A stretch of DNA of 61,678 nt, counting the filler, from Anaerolineae bacterium (GTDB lineage: Bacteria; Chloroflexota; Anaerolineae; Epilineales; Epilineaceae), in assembly GCA_029262755.1 (NCBI GenBank). It is 3 parts of 3 records of this genome, joined end to end, with 100 filler letters (N's around TTAATTAATTAA, not from the genome) between each part and the next. Parts side by side here need not be neighbours in the genome. Positions count along the whole stretch, not along the records: positions 42,567 to 61,678 come from JAJCYU010000224.1; 2 more parts are not named here. One strand, 5' to 3'. The first letter of the stretch is position 1, and each line of letters starts with the position of its first letter. The translations under genes and the position numbers were made by a program. Positions 53,084-61,678 of this stretch are shown one piece after another. The notes beneath the pieces were generated by a model. That model saw nothing but the letters and a program-made list of their open reading frames with translations, was not told the origin of the DNA and did no database searches.

Positions 53084-53704
53084 TTCTCACCTCTTCTCGC
53101 CCTTGGTTGGCGAAGCACGTTCGTCCAATTGGCCTGGACGAGAGGCGGCCCGGCAATGTGTGCCGGACCATGGAGAATAATAGCTCTTACTCCCGCAACC
53201 CACATCGAATTCCACGTCGAAATCCCGCTGAGTCGTCGCTGGCTCGTCGTCGATACCAAGGGTGGTGGAGACGATCCCTCAAGATTCAACGAGTCAACAA
53301 AACCCTCCGTTCCTGAACACTCCATGCCGTACTGCAGCTTGCGACTTCCTGCTACGCGATGCTTGGTTCGGAAACCCGGTCAGGTAATCAGGGGCAAGCT
53401 ACAACGGCCAGTCGCGGGTTTCCAGACCATTGTGTGTCGACCGGACAGCTCCGGACTCCGGCAGCCCCGTGACTTGCGGCATCGCAGTGTTCCAGCCTAC
53501 GGGATGTAGCGGTGCGGCGTCTGATCCGTGGCCATGCGACGTTCGGCCCGCAACTCGCCCACGATGCGCGCCTTCGCCCGGCGATTTGCACGTGCGTTCC
53601 GGTACCGACCGGCGATCCCGTGCACTCAAAGCGCGCGGACATCGGCGCGCCGGGGTTCGTTCCGCGAGCACGGGGCTGTCCGCACCATGGGCACCGCACT
53701 ACGG

Positions 53705-56173
53705 CTAGCGGCCCGTCCACGGCAGGTAGCCGACCCGCCGCGATTGGCCGGGATCGCCCGCGGAAGTCGCGGTTGCCGTCGCCGTTGCGGCCGTCGCTGT
53801 CGCGGTGCGGGTGGCCATGACCGGAGGTGGGACCGAGGACACGCGTGGTGTGGGTGTCGGCGTCGGTGGGCAGATCGGCGGCGTGGTGGGTGTGGGTGAG
53901 GGGCCGGCTGTGGGACTCGGCGGCGGGGTGGGGGTTGGAACGCCCGGCGCGCCGCGCCAGGGGAGCTCCGGCTCGAAGGCGAAGACGCCGTCGTAGCCGC
54001 GAAGACCCGCGGCGTAGACGATGCCCTCCGCGGCGTCGACGGCCTCGTATGACGCGCTCGGGCCCTGCAGCGCGCCCAGCACGCGCGGCGCCGCGGGACG
54101 GCGCACGTCGACGGCGAGCACCTCGGTGCCCGCCAGCAGCAAGATGCCGCGCTCGACGATCGGGCGACGCGCGGTGATCGGCAGGGGGAGCACGGCCACG
54201 CGCCGCGGTGCGTCGAGGTCGGAGAGGTCGACGACGTGGAGCTCCGTGCGCTGGGCGTCGACGCAGCCGACTTGCACGAGCACGTGGGCGTGGTCGCCCT
54301 CCACGGCCACCGCCGGGCGCTCCCACGCGACGATGGCCCGCGGCTCCACGACCACGTTGCCCCGGGGCACCAGCCTGCGCTCGGAGGGCGCGTCGCCCGC
54401 GACGCCGTACGCTTGGAGTCGCAGCGCGCTCGTCTCGCCGGTGCGCACCCCGCCCGGTTCGTAGCCAACCCACGCCACCGTCGAAGTGTCCATCGCCACG
54501 CCGCCGCCCGAGAGCTCGATGGGCGCCGTCGAGCGTAGGGACGGGCCGTCGGCGGCGGCGAGGTCGAAGAGGCCGAGGCTGCCGAAGGCGTCCGGCGTGA
54601 CGAGCCAACGACCCTGGTGCGCAAAGAAGAACACGTCGCCGCCGCCGCCGCCGGCGTTTCGCAGGTCGATCCGGCCGCGTAGTGCCAGCCCGCCGGCGCC
54701 CGTGGTGAAGACGTCCAAGGCCCGGTGGTGGAGGTCGGTCGCCCCAAAGTTCGTGGCGACCACCCAGCCGTCGTCGGCGCTCACCCGACCACGGTAGGTC
54801 CAATCCACATAGGCGGTGCGCGGCGCAAGCGCCGCCGGGCGGTCCAGCGCGAGGTCGAAGAGCCCACCGACCGGCGTGGTGGCCAGCACGTGGGCCGGAC
54901 CGCCGCCGGGCGCCGCCATGGCGGCGACCCACGCGGTCTCGACGAGCGTCGGCCACCGCCCGAGCGTTCCGCTCACCGGGTCGTGCACGCTCAGGCTCGC
55001 CGTCTCCGGCAGCAACAGCCGACGTCCCGCGGTGGCCGCCGGTCCGATGAAGGGCTTAGCGGCGGTGTAGCGCCACGATCCGCCCCCTGCCTCCCCCACG
55101 CGCAGGAGCTGGCCGCCAGTGTAGAAGCTGGCCAGTTGCTGCTGCGCCGTGACGTAGATCAGACCATCGTCCGTCATCAGCGGTTCGCCGTGCCTGCGGC
55201 CGGCATCGCTCGGCAGGAAGGTCTCGTCCAGCCGCATGACCTCTCGTGGCTCACCCGGGTCCGAGACGTCGAAGACGACCAGGCCGCTGCCATCGCTCCC
55301 GACCAGGGTAGGGCGCCCCTCGCGCAGCCCCCCGACTACTCGGGCCATCGTCGGGTCCTCCAGGTGCGCCACGAAGCGCGGCGCGAGGGGGTCCGAACGA
55401 TCGAAGAGGCGCACGACGTTCATCGGTGCGCCGCGCAGGAGAGAGGCGGGCGTCACGAGGGCCAGCACGTCGCCGGCCAGCACAATATCGCTCGCGGCGT
55501 CGGTACCCGCGGGCAGGATGCGCTCGCGCGCGATGCGCGGCGCCCTTGGATCGGCCAGGTCCACGACCATCACGTCGACGACGGCGGGCGGATCGTCGCC
55601 TGGTCCGACCACGAGCAGGTAGGCGACGCTGCCGTCGAGAAGCACGCGGTCGATCCGGTCGGCAGGCACCAGCGTGGTTAGGGATACCGGCGACCGGGGA
55701 TTCGAGCCGTCGAGCACGTGCAGCGTCTCGTCCACGACCACCAACACCAGGCCGGACGGCGCCGCCGCGACGCCGCGATAGACCGGTGGCTGGTCCGCGA
55801 CCGCGGGCGTGAAGGCTAGCGGGGCGCCGAAGGACGCCGGCGGCTCGGCCCCAAGGTCGACGGCCGTCAAGCCCGCGTCCTGGAGGACCCACGCCACGTC
55901 CCCGGCCGCCGCCATGTGCATTACGCGCCCGGCGGTCGCGGCGAAGGGTGTGGCCAGCACGGGCGGGCGCAGGGCCTGGCCCTGCGCGGTGCCCTCGACG
56001 GCTGCGTAACCGTCGGTCACGAGGCCCGCCGCGAGCCCCGCGACGCCCGCAACGAGCACCGCCACGCCTCCCGCGAGCACCGCCACGCCCGCTCTCGACA
56101 TCGCGCAGGCCGTGCGCATCGTCCGATCCTTGTGCATCGCCCGGCCCTTCCGCCTCGCGCCCTCTGTTCGCAC
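53705..56173 (-). CDS. Secreted LVIVD-like repeat protein with Pro/Thr linker and C-terminal YLP motif
   Basis: Signal/TM segment; VVDLADPRAP, VFDVSDPGEP, VVDLSDLDAP repeats; tail PTPTPPPSPT...TATATA...GYLPWTGR; GTG after AGGAGG (alternative ATG 56137). Confidence 0.82.
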   Translation of the reverse strand: MRTEGARRKGRAMHKDRTMRTACAMSRAGVAVLAGGVAVLVAGVAGLAAGLVTDGYAAVEGTAQGQALRPPVLATPFAATAGRVMHMAAAGDVAWVLQDAGLTAVDLGAEPPASFGAPLAFTPAVADQPPVYRGVAAAPSGLVLVVVDETLHVLDGSNPRSPVSLTTLVPADRIDRVLLDGSVAYLLVVGPGDDPPAVVDVMVVDLADPRAPRIARERILPAGTDAASDIVLAGDVLALVTPASLLRGAPMNVVRLFDRSDPLAPRFVAHLEDPTMARVVGGLREGRPTLVGSDGSGLVVFDVSDPGEPREVMRLDETFLPSDAGRRHGEPLMTDDGLIYVTAQQQLASFYTGGQLLRVGEAGGGSWRYTAAKPFIGPAATAGRRLLLPETASLSVHDPVSGTLGRWPTLVETAWVAAMAAPGGGPAHVLATTPVGGLFDLALDRPAALAPRTAYVDWTYRGRVSADDGWVVATNFGATDLHHRALDVFTTGAGGLALRGRIDLRNAGGGGGDVFFFAHQGRWLVTPDAFGSLGLFDLAAADGPSLRSTAPIELSGGGVAMDTSTVAWVGYEPGGVRTGETSALRLQAYGVAGDAPSERRLVPRGNVVVEPRAIVAWERPAVAVEGDHAHVLVQVGCVDAQRTELHVVDLSDLDAPRRVAVLPLPITARRPIVERGILLLAGTEVLAVDVRRPAAPRVLGALQGPSASYEAVDAAEGIVYAAGLRGYDGVFAFEPELPWRGAPGVPTPTPPPSPTAGPSPTPTTPPICPPTPTPTPRVSSVPPPVMATRTATATAATATATATSAGDPGQSRRVGYLPWTGR

Positions 56174-56319
56174 GGTGTCCGTACCTCCTAGATCGTCGGT
56201 GGTGGCTCCACCCGCGCGGGATCCGCCATGAGCGTTAGGACGTGCCTTACGGGTGCAAGGGACGGGGACAGGGGAGGTCGCTCGGGACGGGAGCATGCGG
56301 CATGGATGTCGGGGAGTCG

Positions 56320-56349
56320 TTGACACGGCGGTCCCTGGCCCCCTATACT
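56320..56349 (+). promoter_or_regulatory. Sigma70 promoter of the pheST leader
   Basis: TTGACA-18 nt-TATACT. Confidence 0.8.
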
Positions 56350-56378
56350 CGCCGGCACAATCGAGGAAGTCCAAGACA

Positions 56379-56783
56379 GGCTGTGACGGAGAGAGTAGGT
56401 CGGCGGAAACCGCCAGGGATCGTGGGTCAGCGACTGGAAGCCCGCGTCGGTGGAGCCCGACCGAAGTTCACTCCTGAGCCGGACGAGGGAACGGTGAGCA
56501 GGTAGCGTGCGCGGAGAGACGCGTTGTTCGCGACGGCCGGCCGCCCAGTAGTTCGTCCCGGAAGCCCACCGTTATCGGGTGAGTCGGTCGAGCGCGACGC
56601 GGCGCCCGCGAGGCGGGAGCAGGAGTCGACGGGCCGACGAAGAGTGGATCGCACGCTGCAGGGATCATGGGCACGGCTGGCCGAATTGGCAGCCAAGTTC
56701 GGGAGCTTTCTTCCCACGCGCTGCGATCAACGAGGGTGGTACCGCGGACATCGTCCGTCCCTTACAGGGGCGGGCGTTTTGTG
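56379..56783 (+). ncRNA. Phe T-box riboswitch (transcription antitermination type)
   Basis: Stem I with AGTA, AGGGA and GACTGG motifs; specifier TTC at 56467-56469; CCGTTA stem IIA/B; T-box GAGGGTGGTACCGCGG at 56732-56747; terminator CGTCCGTCCCT-TAC-AGGGGCGGGCG-TTTT. Confidence 0.92.
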
Positions 56784-56844
56784 TTGGACGAGCAGCGCGG
56801 ATCGCGGCGGACGAGCCGGGGCGATCCAACAAGGAGGTGGCACG

Positions 56845-57870
56845 ATGGCACATGCGGACATCGAGCGGGTCGAGCGAGAGGGGTTGGCGGCGCTGGCTGC
56901 CATCGACGATCTTGCGGCGCTGGACGACTGGCGCGTCACGTGGCTCGGCAAGAGCGGGACGGCGTCAGGGCTGCTGCGCGGCATCGGCGCCCTGGCGGCC
57001 GAAGAGCGGCCGGCCTTCGGCGCGGCGGTCAACACGATGAAGCAGGCACTAGAAGGCGCCTTGGACGAGCGCGCCGCGGTCCTGCGTGCCGCCGCCCTGG
57101 CCGACGAGATGGCGGGCGATGCCATCGACGTGACGCTGCCCGGCACGCGGCCGCCCCAGGGAGGGCTGCATCCGGCCACGGTGGCGGATCGACGGGCGTT
57201 GCAGATTTACGCGGAAATGGGCTTCCAGGTCTATCTCAGCCGTGAGGTGGAGACGGACGAGATGAACTTCGAGCTGCTGAACATGCCCAAGCATCACCCC
57301 GCGCGCGATATGCAGGACACGTTCTATATCAGCGACGAGGTTGTCCTTCGCACGCACACCTCGCCGGGACAGATCCGCGCCATGCGCGCTTATGCGCCGG
57401 AGCCGATCCGCATCGTGCTGCCGGGCATGGTCTATCGCAGCGAGCAGGTGACCGTGCGCAGCGAGATGCAGTTCACGCAGATCGAGGGCCTCGCGATCGG
57501 CCCCGGCATCACCATGGCCGACCTGAAGGGCACGATCAGCAACTTCGCGGGGCGCTACTACGGCGAGGATCGCCCGATCCGCTTCCGGGCCAGCTACTTC
57601 CCCTTCACGGAACCATCGGCCGAGGTCGACGTGCGCTGCACCTGCGGCGGCGAGGGCTGCAAGCTGTGCAAGGGCACGGGTTGGTTGGAGATCATGGGCT
57701 GCGGGATGGTTCATCCGGTGGTCTTGAAGAACGGCGGCTACGACCCCGCGCGGGTCAGCGGCTTCGCCTTCGGCGGCGGCACGATGCGCACCCAGATGCT
57801 GGCCCACCAGATCGACGACATCCGGCACTACTGGGCCAACGACCTGCGCTTCCTCGAGCAGCTGCGCTAG
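56845..57870 (+). CDS. pheS: Phenylalanine--tRNA ligase alpha subunit
   Basis: HHPARDMQDTFY, LRTHTSPGQ, YFPFTEPSAE, WLEIMGCGMVHP; SD AAGGAGG. Confidence 0.97.
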   Translation: MAHADIERVEREGLAALAAIDDLAALDDWRVTWLGKSGTASGLLRGIGALAAEERPAFGAAVNTMKQALEGALDERAAVLRAAALADEMAGDAIDVTLPGTRPPQGGLHPATVADRRALQIYAEMGFQVYLSREVETDEMNFELLNMPKHHPARDMQDTFYISDEVVLRTHTSPGQIRAMRAYAPEPIRIVLPGMVYRSEQVTVRSEMQFTQIEGLAIGPGITMADLKGTISNFAGRYYGEDRPIRFRASYFPFTEPSAEVDVRCTCGGEGCKLCKGTGWLEIMGCGMVHPVVLKNGGYDPARVSGFAFGGGTMRTQMLAHQIDDIRHYWANDLRFLEQLR

Positions 57871-57996
57871 CGGCAGCGGAACGAAACGACGGTCGTCTGC
57901 CGGCGATCGGCGCGCGGCAACGAGGCGTAGGTCGGACCGAGGCTCGACTCGAAGAGATCGAATCACCAACGGGACCATGGGCCCGAGGAGAATCGC

Positions 57997-60624
57997 ATGA
58001 AGGTCGTCTGGAGTTGGTTGAAGGATTACGTGAACTTGGACGGCGTGACGCCGGAGGAGCTTGCGGAACGCTGGACCTTGGCCGGACTCGAGGTCGAGGG
58101 CGTCACGCGCGTCGGCGATTGGTGGGACCCGGCGCTGATCGTGGTGGGTGCCGTGACGCGGGTCGAGCCGCACCCCGATGCGGACCGCCTGTGCTTGGCC
58201 TGGGTCGATTGGGGCGCCGGGGAGCCGCATCGCTGCGTCACGGGTGCTCCCAACCTGTATCAGCTGCGTGAGCAGGGCGATCTACCAACGCCCATGAAGG
58301 TCGTGTTCGCCCGCGAAGGCTCCGTGCTGGTCGACGCATACAGTGACGATCCGACGCCCAAACGCATCAAGCTCAAGGGCCGCAAAGTGCGCGGCATCAT
58401 GTCCGACGCGATGGTCTGCTCCGAACGCGAGCTCGGCATCAGCGAGGAGCACGAGGGCATCCTCGTGCTCGAAGACGATGCGCCCGTCGGTGCTCCGATC
58501 GGCGATGTGCTCGGCGACGCGATCTTCGATCTCGACCTGACCGCGAACTACGCCTACGCCGCCAACATGGTCGGCATCGCCCGCGAAACGGCTGCGCTGC
58601 TGGGCCGCCCGTTCACCGAGCCGCCGCTGCCGACCTTGGGCGACACGGCCCAGAGTGATGGTGCAGGCGACAGTACGGGCGACAATACGGGCGCCGGTGC
58701 GGGCGCGGACGCCGCGACCCTCGTCGCGGTCGCGATCGACGACCCCGCGCTCTGCCCGCGCTACACGGCGCGTGTCATTCGCGGCGTGACGGTCGGCCCG
58801 TCGCCGGCGTGGATGCAGCGTCGCCTGCGCCTGGCCGGCATGCGGCCGATTAACAACGTCGTCGATGTGACGAACTACACGATGCTGGAATGGGGCGAGC
58901 CCCTCCACGCCTTCGACTACGATCGCCTCGTGGCGCGCGCCGATGGCGGGACGCCCTCGATCACCGTTCGCCTCGCCCGCCCCGGCGAGACGATGACGAC
59001 CCTGGACGACGCAGAGCGCACGCTGACCCCCAAGACGCTATTGATCACCGACAGCGCCGGCCCGATCGCCATGGCCGGGGTCATGGGCGGCGCAGACACC
59101 GAGGTCGGCGCGGAGACGACGAACATACTGCTGGAGGCCGCCACCTTCGACTTCGTGAGCATCCGCCGCGCGACGAAGCACTACGCGCTGCCCAGCGAGT
59201 CGGCGTGGCGCTTCGGCCGCGATGTGCCGCCGCAACTGAGCGAAGCCGGCTCGCGCTGCGCCGCCGGGTTGCTCGCGGAGCTCGCGGGCGGCACCGTGGC
59301 GCCGGGGGTGGTCGACGCGTACCCCGGCCCGCGCACCAACCCGACGATCACGATGCCGATCGCCGACTTCGAGCGCGTGCTCGGCGTCGCGCTCCCGAGC
59401 GCGGAGATCGTGGGGCTTCTGCACCGGCTCGGCTTCGAGGCCGCCGTGCAGGGGGATGACTACAAGGACGGCGAGACGCTGACGGCCACGGCGCCCGCGC
59501 ACCGGGTCGATCAGCAGCTCCCGGCCGACCTCATCGAGGAGGTCGGCCGCGTGTACGGCTACGACCGCCTGCCGGCCACCGCGCTGGCCGACCCGCTACC
59601 CACGCAGCGCGACAACCCGCGCCTGATGCAGGAGGACGCCACGCGCGACGCGTTGGCGGCGGCCGGCCTGCAGGAGATCATCAGCTACCGCTTCACGGCC
59701 ATCGCGCATGAGTCGATGCTGGATGCGTCGGCCGGCGGAACGGGTACGTCGTCGGGTGACGAAACCGGCGCGGACGAGCAGAACGGAGTGTCCTCTACCT
59801 ACGTCACGCTACGCAACCCGTCCAGCCCGGACCGGGCGGTCATGCGCCGCTCGATTCTGACCGGACTGCTCGACGCCGCGGCGGCGAACCGGCGCTACCG
59901 GGAGCGCATCGCGCTCTTCGAGGTCGGCAGCGTCTTCCATCCCGCAGCGGGCAAGGACCTTCCCGACGAGCCGCGCCATGCCGGCCTCGTCCTGCTCGGC
60001 CCGGGCACCCCGGGCGATTGGCGCTCGTCCGGCGAAGCGCAGGACAGCGTGCGCCCGCTCGACTTCTACGACGGCAAGGGCGCCGTGGAGGTCCTGCTCG
60101 ACACGTTGGGCGTTGAAGCGACCTTCGCCGCCGGCAGCCACCCGTCGCTGCATCCGGGGCGCACGGCCGCGGTCCACGTCGGCGGCGAGGAGGGCGCTGC
60201 GCTCGCGGGCCACGTCGGCGAGCTCCATCCGCTCGTGCGCGAGCGATGGGCGCTGGGCGACGAGCCCGTGGTCGTCGCGGAGCTGGACCTGGACGTCCTC
60301 GCGCAGGCTAGTGGCGTCGTGCGGCCCTTCGTCGGCTTCTCGACCTATCCGCCGGTCGAGCGCGATCTGGCCGTCGTGGTCGACGAGGCCACGCCGGCCG
60401 GTGACGTGGAGCGCGCGATTCGCAGCGCGGGTGGCCCGCTGCTCGTGCACTGTGCGCTCTTCGACGTCTACCGCGGCGAGCAACTGCCGGCCGGCAAGAA
60501 GAGCCTCGCCTTTTCTCTGCGCTTCCAGGCCCCGAACAAGACGCTGGAGGGCAAGGCGGTGGACGGCATGCGCGGGCGCATCGTCAAGACGCTGGAGTCT
60601 GCGGTGGGGGCCGAGATTCGCTAG
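57997..60624 (+). CDS. pheT: Phenylalanine--tRNA ligase beta subunit
   Basis: WLKDYV, HPDADRL, MRPINNVVDVTNY, DLIEEVGRVYGYD, FDVYRG...KKSLAF. Confidence 0.97.
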   Translation: MKVVWSWLKDYVNLDGVTPEELAERWTLAGLEVEGVTRVGDWWDPALIVVGAVTRVEPHPDADRLCLAWVDWGAGEPHRCVTGAPNLYQLREQGDLPTPMKVVFAREGSVLVDAYSDDPTPKRIKLKGRKVRGIMSDAMVCSERELGISEEHEGILVLEDDAPVGAPIGDVLGDAIFDLDLTANYAYAANMVGIARETAALLGRPFTEPPLPTLGDTAQSDGAGDSTGDNTGAGAGADAATLVAVAIDDPALCPRYTARVIRGVTVGPSPAWMQRRLRLAGMRPINNVVDVTNYTMLEWGEPLHAFDYDRLVARADGGTPSITVRLARPGETMTTLDDAERTLTPKTLLITDSAGPIAMAGVMGGADTEVGAETTNILLEAATFDFVSIRRATKHYALPSESAWRFGRDVPPQLSEAGSRCAAGLLAELAGGTVAPGVVDAYPGPRTNPTITMPIADFERVLGVALPSAEIVGLLHRLGFEAAVQGDDYKDGETLTATAPAHRVDQQLPADLIEEVGRVYGYDRLPATALADPLPTQRDNPRLMQEDATRDALAAAGLQEIISYRFTAIAHESMLDASAGGTGTSSGDETGADEQNGVSSTYVTLRNPSSPDRAVMRRSILTGLLDAAAANRRYRERIALFEVGSVFHPAAGKDLPDEPRHAGLVLLGPGTPGDWRSSGEAQDSVRPLDFYDGKGAVEVLLDTLGVEATFAAGSHPSLHPGRTAAVHVGGEEGAALAGHVGELHPLVRERWALGDEPVVVAELDLDVLAQASGVVRPFVGFSTYPPVERDLAVVVDEATPAGDVERAIRSAGGPLLVHCALFDVYRGEQLPAGKKSLAFSLRFQAPNKTLEGKAVDGMRGRIVKTLESAVGAEIR

Positions 60625-60776
60625 ATCGCGGGTGAAGGGTGGCCACGTGACCAAACGAGGTCGCCACTGTACCACGCGAATGCCGACGAGCAGCGGTCGG
60701 CCCGCGTGCTTGCAGCGGTGGCCGAATAGCTACGGTTGGTGGTGGAAGCGGCAGACCGGGCCTGCGATGTGCGGCG

Positions 60777-61457
60777 TCAGTCCCGTCCAAGCCGGTCGAC
60801 AAACGCCGCATGCACGCCGGTTCCCAGCGCTGCCTGCTGCACGGCGAGTACGCGCGCCAGGTCGCCGGCGAGCAGCGCTGCGGTGTCGAGCACGAGTCCG
60901 GGCATGACGCGGCTATGCAGCATGCCGTCCTCGTCGGGTTCCAGCGCCACGTATCTGTCGTCGCGGAGGGTCCACCAGTCGAGGGCGGCGTCCCGCGTTC
61001 GCCAAAGCAGATATTCCTGCACGCCGCCGCGCATGTAGACGTGGCGCTTGAAGTGGGCGTCGTACGAAGCGCTCGACGCGGCGACCTCGACAACGAAGTG
61101 CGGCGGCCCGTGCAAGAATCCGTCCTCGCCCCAGCGGGAGCGGTTGTCACCGCCTTCGTCGAAGCGCATCGCCGCATCTGGCTGCACTTCGTTGCGGCCA
61201 TCGAGGATGACGGTTGCGTTGTCGAGCAACTCAACGCCACGTGTCGCTGCTCGGTACGTTGCAAGCCAGCCGACGACATCGGCATGTGGACGGGCGTGAA
61301 ACACGCCGCTGACCGGTGATGCCACGTAGACAACCCCCTCGACCAGCTCCGCCCGGTACTGCTCGGACATAGCCGCATACCGCCGGTGAAACTCCGGCTG
61401 CGATAGTCGGTCGCCGCTCTCCATCGGGAGAACGATCTCTGGTTCGGGGATGGCCAT
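60777..61457 (-). CDS. Uma2-family (PD-(D/E)xK) endonuclease
   Basis: AELVEGVVYVASP, QPDA, PHFVVEVAASS, KRHVYMRGGVQEYLLW. Confidence 0.9.
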   Translation of the reverse strand: MAIPEPEIVLPMESGDRLSQPEFHRRYAAMSEQYRAELVEGVVYVASPVSGVFHARPHADVVGWLATYRAATRGVELLDNATVILDGRNEVQPDAAMRFDEGGDNRSRWGEDGFLHGPPHFVVEVAASSASYDAHFKRHVYMRGGVQEYLLWRTRDAALDWWTLRDDRYVALEPDEDGMLHSRVMPGLVLDTAALLAGDLARVLAVQQAALGTGVHAAFVDRLGRD

Positions 61458-61678
61458 CACACGCTCCCTACAAGCCGCCCGTCGGCGGATCGGTCCCAAG
61501 CGTAGGTGGTGCCGGCTCGCCGATCAAGGTGCCCGGCGCCACGCAGGCGACACAATGGCGCCAAGGATGCCAGGGCCGAAATCGCGCGGACGGCTGGCCC
61601 AACCCTGCGGGGTCGCCGATAGGCCCGCCTGCACGAACGAGGCACGGTTGTGGCTGTAGGTCGCAATAGAACGCGCCG

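Overview
GC-rich bacterial DNA, probably a Chloroflexota (Anaerolineae-like) genome bin. That assignment is an inference from gene content: a T-box, Gram-positive-type LexA boxes, and many secreted proteins with Pro/Thr linkers. The window is three contigs joined by artificial N/TTAATTAATTAA spacers (26307-26406, 42467-42566), so adjacency across those gaps means nothing. Contig 1 carries glmU (partial), a thioesterase, an RpoD-like sigma factor divergent from dnaK-grpE, a BON protein and flavodoxin, an O-antigen-ligase/TPR protein, a LexA-boxed VOC gene, a diheme cytochrome c, DinB, ctaA, an LVIVD protein and tRNA-Arg(CCT). It also has two paralogous NLR-like proteins, nucleotide cyclase-NACHT-FGE/C-lectin, one with an extra N-terminal TIR. 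Contig 2 carries VWA and CSLREA/beta-helix surface proteins, cutA, ugd, a stand-alone 5'-3' exonuclease, an S8 protease and a truncated ACP-KS-AT-AT-DH-ACP type I PKS. Contig 3 carries phnE (partial), asnS, a LexA-boxed DUF899 gene, a lower-GC lipoprotein island with a probable IS remnant, a second LVIVD-like protein, an oversized Phe T-box with pheST, and a Uma2 nuclease. The best candidates for new biology are (1) the paired (TIR)-cyclase-NACHT-FGE receptors, whose cyclase specificity residues differ and whose C-terminal tips vary in a DGR-like way, and (2) a recurring Pro/Thr linker plus [YW]LP motif on four secreted proteins that looks like a sorting signal. All family assignments come from motif recognition by eye; no database search was run.
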